From Coraliomargaritaceae bacterium (GTDB lineage: Bacteria > Verrucomicrobiota > Verrucomicrobiia > Opitutales > Coraliomargaritaceae), in contig CBFHKU010000002.1 in NCBI GenBank assembly GCA_965656495.1, positions 32,001-96,000 of the forward strand: a DNA stretch of 64,000 nt, read 5' to 3'. Below, piece by piece: positions 56,168 through 64,000 of the stretch. Below the pieces are notes generated by a model. That model made no database searches and had not been told where the DNA came from. It was given only the letters and a program-made list of their open reading frames with translations. Numbering within the stretch: the first letter of the stretch is position 1; every line of letters begins with the position of its first letter. Both the position numbers and the translations under genes were made by a program.

Positions 56168-56599
56168 ATGCTCACCTGCCAAAAAACCTACCGCGACATC
56201 CCCTTCGCGCACCGCCAACATTTGCATGCGGGCCATTGCGCCCTTATCCACGGCCACAACTGGGCGATCACCCTGACCTTTGCCTGTCGCGAAACCGACC
56301 CCAACGGCTTTGTCGTGGATTTCGGCGACCTCAAATACCTCAAGGAATGGATTGAAACCCACCTCGATCACGCCTGCCTGTTCAACGAGGACGACCCCGA
56401 GCGCGAAGCCCTCCTAAAAGCACATGCATCCCTTTTCAAAACCTACCTCCTCCCCAATTGTTCCTGCGAGGGGATTGCCGAGCACCTGCACGGCATCTTT
56501 GACCCGATGGTGCGCCAACATACCAAGGAACGCGCCTGGATCACCGCCGTTGAAGTTGAGGAAGACAGCCGCAATTCCGCCCGCTTTCAGGCAGGATAG
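56168..56599 (+). CDS. queD: 6-carboxy-5,6,7,8-tetrahydropterin synthase
   Basis: [24 protein letters not shown], between queC and queE. Confidence 0.9.
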   Translation: MLTCQKTYRDIPFAHRQHLHAGHCALIHGHNWAITLTFACRETDPNGFVVDFGDLKYLKEWIETHLDHACLFNEDDPEREALLKAHASLFKTYLLPNCSCEGIAEHLHGIFDPMVRQHTKERAWITAVEVEEDSRNSARFQAG

Positions 56600-56611
56600 T
56601 TTCTCCCCGCT

Positions 56612-57292
56612 ATGGCCCTCCCCATTCACGAACAATTTCACAGCTTTCAAGGCGAAGGCCTTCACCAAGGACGCGCCGCCTATTTCATCCGCACCTACGG
56701 TTGCCCTGTCCATTGCCCCTGGTGTGACTCCGCCGGCACCTGGCACCCCGACCACAAACCCGAGACCCTCGAACGCCCGGAAGCCGAGGCCCTCGCCCGC
56801 GCCGCCGCCGAATCCAACGCCGAATTCACCGTCATCACCGGCGGGGAACCCGCCATTCACGACCTCCGATCTTTGACCGATGCCCTCCACGCCGTCGGGC
56901 AAAGCGTGCACCTCGAAACCAGCGGCGCCTTCCCCCTACAGGGCGACTTCGACTGGATCACCCTCAGCCCCAAGCGGTGGCAACTCCCGCTCCCCGAAAA
57001 CCTCGCCCGCGCCAATGAAATCAAAATCATCGTCGATACCCCCGAGGCCATCACGGAATACACCAACGTAATCGGCGAAGCCCTCTGCTACCGCGTCCCC
57101 ATCTGGCTCCATCCCGAATGGTCCAAGCACCAAGATGCCACCATTCTCAACGCCATCACCCAATGGATCAAAACCAACGGCGCCCCCTTCCGCGCCGGTT
57201 GGCAGATTCACAAACACTTTGCCGCCGACACCCTCGATCCCCGCAGCGCCCCACCCGTCCCCCTCGGCGGCGATCCCAAGCTGGGCTTGTGA
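56612..57292 (+). CDS. queE: 7-carboxy-7-deazaguanine synthase (radical SAM)
   Basis: [45 protein letters not shown]. Confidence 0.93.
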   Translation: MALPIHEQFHSFQGEGLHQGRAAYFIRTYGCPVHCPWCDSAGTWHPDHKPETLERPEAEALARAAAESNAEFTVITGGEPAIHDLRSLTDALHAVGQSVHLETSGAFPLQGDFDWITLSPKRWQLPLPENLARANEIKIIVDTPEAITEYTNVIGEALCYRVPIWLHPEWSKHQDATILNAITQWIKTNGAPFRAGWQIHKHFAADTLDPRSAPPVPLGGDPKLGL

Positions 57293-57384
57293 GTATTGTG
57301 GGTGTTGTTGGTTGCTGTAAGTTGCTGTTGGTTGTTGGAGGACCCACGATGTTCGAAGTTCCTCAGTGGTTCTCCCCACTTTTA

Positions 57385-57429
57385 TTCTTAATCCTAACCT
57401 TACTCTTAATCTTACCCTCAATCTTCCTC
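57385..57429 (+). repeat. Degenerate hexamer tandem repeat (CTCTTA/ATCTTA)n
   Basis: TTCTTA ATCCTA ACCTTA CTCTTA ATCTTA CCCTCA ATCTTC; inverted counterpart at 57729-57769. Confidence 0.75.
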
Positions 57430-57502
57430 AACAATTCGTGGCTTTCGTCGCTCGTTTCAGGGCACTTACCCAACCGCTGCTATTCATTTGCGAACTTAAA
57501 AG

Positions 57503-57680
57503 CGTAGAAGCGACACTCTTGTCGCTTTGCAGCCACCAGACGTGGAAGCGACACTCTTGTCGCTTTGCTAGCTAACAGACGTGGAAGCGACACTCTTGTC
57601 GCTTTGCAGCCACCGGACGTGGAAGCGACACTCTTGTCGCTTTGCTAGCCAACAAAAAGCGGCAGGATTGCCGCTTCCAC
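57503..57680. repeat. REP array 1: four tandem 38-39 bp GTAG/GTGG-REP units plus one inverted REP
   Basis: Units start at 57503, 57541, 57580, 57618 (CGT[AG]GAAGCGACA-CTCT-TGTCGCTTTGC...), closed by AAAGCGGCAGGATTGCCGCTTCCAC. Confidence 0.9.
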
Positions 57681-57728
57681 GGTATAAACCCTGTCGCCAT
57701 TCATCTACGGTGAACAATTCCTCTTATC

Positions 57729-57769
57729 AAGAGTAAGATTAGGATTAAGAGTATGAGTAAGATTTAGGG
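57729..57769 (-). repeat. Degenerate hexamer tandem repeat (TAAGAG/TAAGAT)n
   Basis: AAGAG TAAGAT TAGGAT TAAGAG TATGAG TAAGAT. Confidence 0.75.
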
Positions 57770-57798
57770 TAATTCCAACCTTCATACTTTTTCACCTT

Positions 57799-57965
57799 CA
57801 ATCCTGTCGCTTTGCTAGCCACCAGACGTGGAAGCGACAATCCTGTCGCTTTGCAGCCAACAGACGTGGAAGCGACACTCTTGTCGCTTTGCAGCCAACA
57901 GACGTGGAAGCGACGCTCTTGTCGCTTTGCTAGCCAACAAAAAGCGGCAGGATTGCCGCTTCCAC
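57799..57965. repeat. REP array 2: one partial + three full 38-bp units plus one inverted REP
   Basis: Units at 57827, 57865, 57903; same inverted terminal REP at 57941-57965 as array 1. Confidence 0.9.
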
Positions 57966-58081
57966 CATACAGCATTCCTGTGTATTCGTGGTTCCTTTTT
58001 CAACACGGAGCGGCGGGCTTGGAAGTTCGATATTCGAAGTTCCCCAGATTCCTATCTAAACAGGCTTTCACTCTGGCACAT

Positions 58082-58116
58082 AAAAACCCGCGCCGGATGC
58101 CGGACGCGGGTTTGTT
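58082..58116 (-). terminator. Intrinsic terminator after the FKBP gene
   Basis: AAACCCGCG...CGCGGGTTT hairpin with a T-run on the minus strand. Confidence 0.7.
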
Positions 58117-58136
58117 GAAATTAGCAAGCGAGGGAA

Positions 58137-58889
58137 CTAGCTGCCGGGGTTGACTTCGATCAACTCACATTCGAAGACGAGGGTGTCGCCGGGTTGAATG
58201 GCGCCGCCAGGGCGGGGATTGTTGCCGTAGCCGAGCTCGCTGGGAATATAAAGGATAATCTTGCCGCCGGTGCCGATCTTGGTGAGGCCTTCACCAAAGC
58301 CGGGTACCACGCCGTTGAGGGGGAAAGTTGCGGGTTCGCCGCGGCCATAGGAACTGTCGAATTCGGTGCCGTCGATGCGGGTGCCTCGATAATGCACGAG
58401 GACGGTGTCTTCCATGCTGGGTTTGTCGTCGGCGCCGGCTTCAAGGACTTTGAAGTGCAGTCCGGATTCGGTGGACTGTACGGCGTCGTCGCTCTTGAGT
58501 TCCTCGATGTAGGCTTTACCGGCGGCGATGTTATCTCCGGCGGCATCGGCGGCTTCTTCTGCTGCGGCTGCCTGAGCGGTCGCCATACGGGCTTGAATGA
58601 ATGCCTGGAAGGCGGGGCTTTGCACCACTGCCAGCATGGCGGCGGAGGGCTCGGCATCTTTCAAAGCGGCGCTGAAGCCTTTCAGGATGGCTTCGGAATC
58701 GCTTGCCTCGAATCCGAGTTGTTTGATGCCCAGTTGAAAGGCGCTGAAATACCCGAAGGCTTCGACCATCTCGGCCTGAGAGGGCGCGACCGCGACCGGG
58801 GCGGTGGCGACTTCGGTTTGGGCGGCCAGAGGCGCGGCGCTGCTTAGGAGGGCCATCACAGCCGCGAGTGAAATGCTTTTTTGTATCAT
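58137..58889 (-). CDS. fkpA: FKBP-type peptidyl-prolyl isomerase (FkpA/Mip-like, exported)
   Basis: Signal peptide, [41 protein letters not shown]. Confidence 0.9.
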   Translation of the reverse strand: MIQKSISLAAVMALLSSAAPLAAQTEVATAPVAVAPSQAEMVEAFGYFSAFQLGIKQLGFEASDSEAILKGFSAALKDAEPSAAMLAVVQSPAFQAFIQARMATAQAAAAEEAADAAGDNIAAGKAYIEELKSDDAVQSTESGLHFKVLEAGADDKPSMEDTVLVHYRGTRIDGTEFDSSYGRGEPATFPLNGVVPGFGEGLTKIGTGGKIILYIPSELGYGNNPRPGGAIQPGDTLVFECELIEVNPGS

Positions 58890-58970
58890 TGAGGTTCTGT
58901 TTTGAGGATTAAACTCTCAACGCTCTCAGAAATGACTGACAGGTCAAGACCAGAGGCTCGCGAAAGCCAT

Positions 58971-59009
58971 AAAGAAACCCCCCTGCAACCGTGTCGCAAG
59001 GGGGTCTCT
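58971..59009 (-). terminator. Terminator after PEP-CTERM gene 1
   Basis: GAAACCCCCCTGC...GCAAGGGGGTCTC imperfect hairpin. Confidence 0.55.
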
Positions 59010-59030
59010 AAAGTGAATAATAAATAAAAA

Positions 59031-59681
59031 CTAGCGTCGGCGATAAAGCACCACGCCCACCAATGCAAATAAACCCAGCAAGGCCGCATAGGTCGATGGC
59101 TCGGGGATGATCTGGAAATGAGGTGCTCCGACTAGATTCATGCCAGTGAAGCGGGCATTCACCAACTTCGCGCCAGCGCGGAGAGTGTTGTAATTGGGAC
59201 TCCCAATTGTAAGGTGGGAAGCGTCAATGGCATTGATGTTACCATCATTTGCGCCCCCGTCGCCACCCTTTACGGTCCACTCATCTTTGATAGAGGCATC
59301 CAAGCCGACCGTAGTAATATCGACATAGATTATCGCCCAAGTGCCAGTGGAGGCATGATTCCATTTAATTGCCAACTGACGCCCCGCGATCGAACCGGTG
59401 TTCTGTTTGGCGACATTGGCATAAACAAAGAAACCTGGATCGTTGGTACCATCTTTTGGATTATTGACATCCTCGTTTGTGCTCACTCCCGAATGGAGCG
59501 AAGTAAAGGTGCCATTGAGGTAGGTACCGATCTCGACCGTGTCAGTGGCGGCGAGCGCCTGCCCGTTCAAACCCACCAAGTTATTAGCTAAATTAGCTGC
59601 ATAGGTGAATTGGGCGGCGTGCGCACCGGTGAAGCCCGACAAGGTAAAGAGGCCCAAGGTGATGATTCCCCTGTATTGCAT
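59031..59681 (-). CDS. PEP-CTERM sorting domain protein
   Basis: Signal peptide (AHA) and C-terminal IPEPSTYAALLGLFALVGVVLYRRR. Confidence 0.93.
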   Translation of the reverse strand: MQYRGIITLGLFTLSGFTGAHAAQFTYAANLANNLVGLNGQALAATDTVEIGTYLNGTFTSLHSGVSTNEDVNNPKDGTNDPGFFVYANVAKQNTGSIAGRQLAIKWNHASTGTWAIIYVDITTVGLDASIKDEWTVKGGDGGANDGNINAIDASHLTIGSPNYNTLRAGAKLVNARFTGMNLVGAPHFQIIPEPSTYAALLGLFALVGVVLYRRR

Positions 59682-59720
59682 GTGGATGTTAGGTGGATGG
59701 TTTTATATGGATGGTGAAGC

Positions 59721-60755
59721 TTAGAGGGGGCTTTTTTCGGTGAGATTGAAGGCAGTATCAATGCGCCGGATCATAAACATGGAGCCAGGCGCTGCGATCA
59801 CGGTGTCCGCTTGGTCCGTACTGGAACTCGCGGCACTGCGCCAACCGGTGCCGCCAATTAAACCGGCGTTTTTGTAATAATAGGTAGTGATATTGCCGCT
59901 GCGATCAAAAACTAGCACGTTGTCGGCAGTGCCGGGGCCATCGCTACCCTTAAGCCCTGCCTCATTGTTCGCACCAAAAAAACCCGCGAGGGTAACATCC
60001 ACCGGGAGCGAGGCGGTCTTCCAGTTGAAGCCTTGCTCCACCGGGGTGACGACATCCTCCGGAAAGACCGAACCCATAACCGAAACTTTGAGATCCGCGC
60101 TTTCACCGCGCACCGCAATGATCCCGCTGCCGTGGGGAATAATGGTGCCCGAGGCGTCCACACTGGAACTGGCGGCACTGCGCCAACCGGTGCCGCCGAT
60201 CAGTCCGGCATTTTTATAGTAATAGGTATTAAAGCTGTTGGAGCCAGTCTGAACCAGAATGTTGTCGGCGGTTCCTGGTCCATCACTTGCCTTCAATCCG
60301 GCGCTATTATCGGCACCGAAGACATCGGCGATGGTGGTGTATTTATGGATGGCGAATTGCTCGTTGCCAGTGAGGACCGAGCTGAGGTTTTCGGCGGTGG
60401 TGAGGGTATCGGCGGTATTGGCGGTGATGGTGGCGCTCATTCCGGTATTATCGCCCGATAGGATCATGACGAAGTGGGTGTTGGCGTAGGCGTTGGCGGT
60501 CCATGCGGCGTTGTTGCAGGTGATGGAATTATCCGCCTTGGCGGTTATGGCGCCGCGGAAGTTCGCCTCGTGGTGCATGGGTACCCCTAGATAGGAGAAG
60601 GCTTCGGTCCCCTGCCCACCGGTGCCATTGATCGTAATCGTCACATAACCGACCGGATTAGTGGTAACGGCTTGGCCAGCTTGGCTAAAGAGGTGGGTGC
60701 CTGACAGGCAAAAAAGAATAAGAAACAGGAGGAATGGGAGTGAGGCTTTTTTCAT
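59721..60755 (-). CDS. TIGR02597-family secreted protein (Verrucomicrobia), with internal duplication
   Basis: Signal peptide, AVTTNPVGYVTITI, LGVPM, TTIADVFG, two copies of YYYKNAGLIGGTGWRSAASSS. Confidence 0.75.
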   Translation of the reverse strand: MKKASLPFLLFLILFCLSGTHLFSQAGQAVTTNPVGYVTITINGTGGQGTEAFSYLGVPMHHEANFRGAITAKADNSITCNNAAWTANAYANTHFVMILSGDNTGMSATITANTADTLTTAENLSSVLTGNEQFAIHKYTTIADVFGADNSAGLKASDGPGTADNILVQTGSNSFNTYYYKNAGLIGGTGWRSAASSSVDASGTIIPHGSGIIAVRGESADLKVSVMGSVFPEDVVTPVEQGFNWKTASLPVDVTLAGFFGANNEAGLKGSDGPGTADNVLVFDRSGNITTYYYKNAGLIGGTGWRSAASSSTDQADTVIAAPGSMFMIRRIDTAFNLTEKSPL

Positions 60756-61063
60756 AATTATACATCTTACTTCAATCTGCGACCCTCTGGCAAGGCTTAT
60801 GTTTCATTTTTTAGACTGTTTTGTTTTTTGTTTAAGTTTTTTATTTTTATTGTAAATTTATTGTATTTCGCGGGTTTTATACAATTGGTAATTATACCGA
60901 GTCAAAAACCACCGCTACCCGTCAGCGCGGAGCGGATTCACGGCGCAGGCGCCGTGGAACGTTGAACATCGAACACTGAACGATGAGTGTAGGGAGGGAG
61001 ATCTTGGTAGTTGTTAAGAATAATCCTCTCTTACTCTAAGGAACGCCGAAAGGGTTGTATCTC

Positions 61064-61296
61064 GTGGAAGCGGCAATCCTGCCGCTTTGCTTGTGGTAGG
61101 AAAGCGACAGGAGTGTCGCTTCTACGGCTTGCGTTGAAAAACGGCAAGCGTGCCGCCCTGGTTGTGGGTGGAAGCGGCAATCCTGCCGCTTTGCTTGTGG
61201 TAGGAAAGCGACAGGAGTGTCGCTTCTACGGCTTGCGTTGAAAAACGACGTGCCGCTCTGGTTCTGGGTGGAAGCGGCAATCCTGCCGCTTTGCTT
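61064..61296. repeat. REP array 3: REP doublets (REPIN/BIME-like), about 100-104 bp period, 2.5 copies
   Basis: GTGGAAGCGGCAATCCTGCCGCTTTGCTTGTGGTAGGAAAGCGACAGGAGTGTCGCTTCTAC at 61064 and 61168; single REP at 61268. Confidence 0.9.
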
Positions 61297-61333
61297 TTCA
61301 ATTCAGGGCTGCGTCGGGCTTAGCGTGGACCAC

Positions 61334-61363
61334 AAAAAAAAGCCCCGCGGGTGCGGGGCTTTT
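61334..61363 (-). terminator. Terminator after PEP-CTERM gene 2
   Basis: AAAAGCCCCGC-GGGT-GCGGGGCTTTT, long T-run on the minus strand. Confidence 0.8.
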
Positions 61364-61407
61364 GGGGAGGGGTAATTAAGGTTTCCGTTTGACGGGAAAG
61401 TGATAAG

Positions 61408-61986
61408 CTACTTGCGGCGACGGATCGCAACCCATGTGAAGGCCACAAAGCCGAAGAGCAGCGCGAAGGTGCCCGGCTCGGGAACAACTGAGATGTCATA
61501 ACCTGTGCCTTGGAAGCCACCGCTTGCGATGCTCAGACCAAATGCTGTGTACGCACCATCATGTGTTCCTACAACGGTATAGTCTAATGAATCTGGTGTG
61601 TTGCCTGCAGGAGCACCACTAATAAGATCCCAAGAATCAAGATTAAGATATCCTGCATTGAGACCATCTACAATCTTTAGCCAAGCTTCGCTAGAAGACG
61701 CTGCAGTAACATTAGTACTGGAAGTAGTACCTGCATTAAATCCTACATTGTTGCTGTTCCAAGATGAGCTTTCTGCTAAGGAAACAAAACCTGTACCTGA
61801 AGCGTTAGCTGCGGAACCAGAAAAGTAACCAATAATTAAGGAATCTGCTGCTGCAGAATCCGTACCCAAGAAAAAAGCTGATCCAGGTACGGCTTTACTG
61901 CCATAAACAATATCTGCAAACGTGTCCTGCGCATGAGCAAAGTTTGAAAGACCAATGGAGGTGAGTAGAATAAGTATTTTTTTCAT
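61408..61986 (-). CDS. PEP-CTERM sorting domain protein
   Basis: Signal peptide (AHA) and C-terminal VPEPGTFALLFGFVAFTWVAIRRRK. Confidence 0.93.
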   Translation of the reverse strand: MKKILILLTSIGLSNFAHAQDTFADIVYGSKAVPGSAFFLGTDSAAADSLIIGYFSGSAANASGTGFVSLAESSSWNSNNVGFNAGTTSSTNVTAASSSEAWLKIVDGLNAGYLNLDSWDLISGAPAGNTPDSLDYTVVGTHDGAYTAFGLSIASGGFQGTGYDISVVPEPGTFALLFGFVAFTWVAIRRRK

Positions 61987-62025
61987 AGTATTTTAACAAG
62001 TTATAGGATAATTTAAGATATAATT

Positions 62026-63090
62026 TTAAAATGGAATTGCATCAGCCCAAGCAAGTCCACTACCGATGTGCTTGATAATGATTGAGCTACCTGTAGGAAT
62101 CAAAGTGTCGTCCACTGGAGTGTTGGGGTCGGCTACAGTTCTCCAACCATCGCCACTAAAGAAACCAAATTCATCCGTAAGGTAGTAGTAGCTGCTGAAT
62201 GTTCCGTTCGGTTTGATCACATAAACGATGTCCGAGTCCGCACTGCTGCCAGCTGATACGTAACCGTTTGTTGCGGAGTAGATACCAGAATCAGCTAAAG
62301 TCACATCTACTGGAAACGGATATGCTACTAATGAGAATCCGTTCGGCAAATCACGCTTTAAATCCACGGTTGAAACATTCCCAGATACAACCGTGGTTAA
62401 GTCACCTGATGCAATGCGGCGCACGATCAACCCGTCATCAGGACCCACTACTAGATTGGAATAATCAGTGTTAAAATCAGTAACTGATCTCCAACCATCG
62501 CCATTAAAGAAACCAAATTCGTCAGTCAGATAATAGTATGTGGCAAAGAGGCCATTACCGGTTGAACTCATAAGATAAATGGTATCCGAATCCGATGGTG
62601 ATCCAGCTGATTTCAAACCTGTTTCGTTGGCTGCTCCAAAAACATCTGCGAGAGTAAGGTGCGCCTTTACCGCGTAAGTATCACCGGCAGAAACAATTCC
62701 ATTCAAATCGGTACCGGTTGTGTACGTTTTCGCATCGTTGGAAAGTATGTCAAAAATGAGACCTTCATTTGCACCACTGGTAATTTGGATGAAGTAGGAG
62801 CTATTGCCTGCTGCATCCGTAGCGGCGTAAGCATTGGTTTCATTATTTGCGGTGCTGTCGGTAAGGACTGCGGAAGTGGCATTAGAAGTGATTGAGCCAG
62901 TTACAACGGCAGCATTTTGCAAACCTGCACTGAGGGCTGTAAACGCTGGAGTCGTGCCATCTGGAGAACCGTTAATCGTCAAAGTTATGTAGCCTACAGG
63001 CTCAGTGCTAACCGTTTGTGCCTGCAAGATTCCGAGCGATGGAAGCAATAATGTATAAAGGTATATTTGAAGATAGGGGCGTATGAACAT
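62026..63090 (-). CDS. TIGR02597-family secreted protein, paralog 2, with internal duplication
   Basis: TVSTEPVGYITLTING, LTLADVFG, two copies of YYYLTDEFGFF[NS]GDGWR. Confidence 0.75.
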   Translation of the reverse strand: MFIRPYLQIYLYTLLLPSLGILQAQTVSTEPVGYITLTINGSPDGTTPAFTALSAGLQNAAVVTGSITSNATSAVLTDSTANNETNAYAATDAAGNSSYFIQITSGANEGLIFDILSNDAKTYTTGTDLNGIVSAGDTYAVKAHLTLADVFGAANETGLKSAGSPSDSDTIYLMSSTGNGLFATYYYLTDEFGFFNGDGWRSVTDFNTDYSNLVVGPDDGLIVRRIASGDLTTVVSGNVSTVDLKRDLPNGFSLVAYPFPVDVTLADSGIYSATNGYVSAGSSADSDIVYVIKPNGTFSSYYYLTDEFGFFSGDGWRTVADPNTPVDDTLIPTGSSIIIKHIGSGLAWADAIPF

Positions 63091-63252
63091 ACCCCAGTAG
63101 ACTATAAAATATACCTAATGTTCAAGTTTATTTTTTGTATTTATTCGTTTTAAACTATTCTAAGCAATAAAACGTAAAGAAAATACGAAAAAACCCATCT
63201 CCTGCCCCTTAAAATTACGGAATAAGCTACCTGTTACTTACCCGCCTTGCGC

Positions 63253-64000
63253 TTATTCGGGCCGATTGAAGATCCAGTCGGTCAGGCCGATATTAAAGTC
63301 CACTTGTTCGAGGGTAAGGGTCGTCTCAAGCCCGTCATCGGTTTTGCTCAAGACCTTAAACGCGACCGGAAAACCGTTGATGGTCTTAAAATCCTTACAA
63401 AGCAAGGTCGTGGTGGTATTAAACTCTTCGTCGCGATTGACGATCTTAACGTCCAGATAAGTGCGCACATCGATGTAATAATCGACGGTAAAATTGTTTT
63501 GCAAACGAACGCGGATGCGATGGCAAACGGTATCCATTTCACGGGTCGTGCCGAGGTATTCGATGGTTTTACCACTTCGGTAAGGATATAGAAGGTAATT
63601 ACCGAAGACCGAGGAATGAATGAATCGACGGGCTTCATCTGCCGACATCAAGGCAGCGGGAGAGTTGGTCTCGGGCATGTGCTGCCAGGCTTCCGCACCA
63701 TCGTAGCCGAGCACAATTTGCCCATGCGAACTATCGAGGATCATTTTCAAGCGGTCGGGCTTGCGCTGGTAGCAGCGCATTTTGAATACTTTGTCACCAA
63801 AAGCCAAGGTACCCTTGAGGCGCATACTGGAAATCCCGCTCCAAGTATCGCTGCCGCCAAGACCGAGCTGGTAGTAGCGGGTCAGCAATTTTTCAAGATT
63901 GGAGTTACCCAATTCCGGCATCGCTGCCTCGTGCTGGCTCGCGGTTATATCGTCCGGCACCTGCAAACATTCGTTTTTTACCTCCGCCGTGAGCGGACTG
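63253..64000 (-). CDS. LolA-like / outer-membrane lipoprotein-sorting fold protein (5' end probably outside the window)
   Basis: LGG...W..I.S, PDRLK, GYDGAEAW, DFKTINGFPVAF, VDFNIGL...IF; frame stays open to the window edge. Confidence 0.6.
   Translation of the reverse strand, partial: SPLTAEVKNECLQVPDDITASQHEAAMPELGNSNLEKLLTRYYQLGLGGSDTWSGISSMRLKGTLAFGDKVFKMRCYQRKPDRLKMILDSSHGQIVLGYDGAEAWQHMPETNSPAALMSADEARRFIHSSVFGNYLLYPYRSGKTIEYLGTTREMDTVCHRIRVRLQNNFTVDYYIDVRTYLDVKIVNRDEEFNTTTTLLCKDFKTINGFPVAFKVLSKTDDGLETTLTLEQVDFNIGLTDWIFNRPE

Noticed and set aside
55447..57292. 7-deazaguanine DNA modification (dpd) system
   Set aside because: No dpdA/tgt-like or other dpd genes in the window; queCDE is adequately explained by queuosine precursor synthesis.
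57503..57965. CRISPR array (regular ~38-bp period with palindromic repeat)
   Set aside because: Intervening sequences are only ~13 nt and nearly identical rather than unique spacers, no cas genes are present, and the GTAG/GTGG + hairpin structure with an inverted terminal copy fits REP elements.
57366..58153. Small ORFs across the REP/simple-repeat region
   Set aside because: They are translations of repeats (WKRHSCRFA units) with no independent coding signal.

Overview
Bacterial chromosomal window, most likely Verrucomicrobiota (Opitutia, Coraliomargarita/Lentimonas-like). This placement is inferred from the TIGR02597-type proteins, PEP-CTERM proteins, an exosortase and the general gene content. 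Housekeeping genes: partial rho, coaE, lpdA, rarA, rpmJ/rpmE type B, rpsR, sua5, hisC, dnaE, obgE, ppx, the nusA-infB-rbfA-nrnA-truB-ribF-rluD operon, queCDE and 3 tRNAs. Envelope genes: Pal-like lipoprotein, TPR-ExbB-ExbD-TonB-like module, beta-barrel-Wza-Wzc export trio and exosortase. There is also a desaturase-DUF1295-cfa / SRPBCC-MFS-photolyase stress cluster. Two variable hotspots stand out. (1) About 13.8-16.8 kb around tRNA-Arg(CCG): an AbiE-type antitoxin with its operator, an internally deleted toxin, a 22-bp direct repeat that re-creates the start of an RNase H-like orphan gene, and an AT-rich patch. (2) About 57.3-63.1 kb: GTAG/GTGG REP arrays, simple-sequence repeats and two tandem TIGR02597 + PEP-CTERM gene pairs. 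Local G/C strand skew flips at both hotspots. No CRISPR array, prophage or intact transposase was seen. All family calls come from motif recognition, not database searches.
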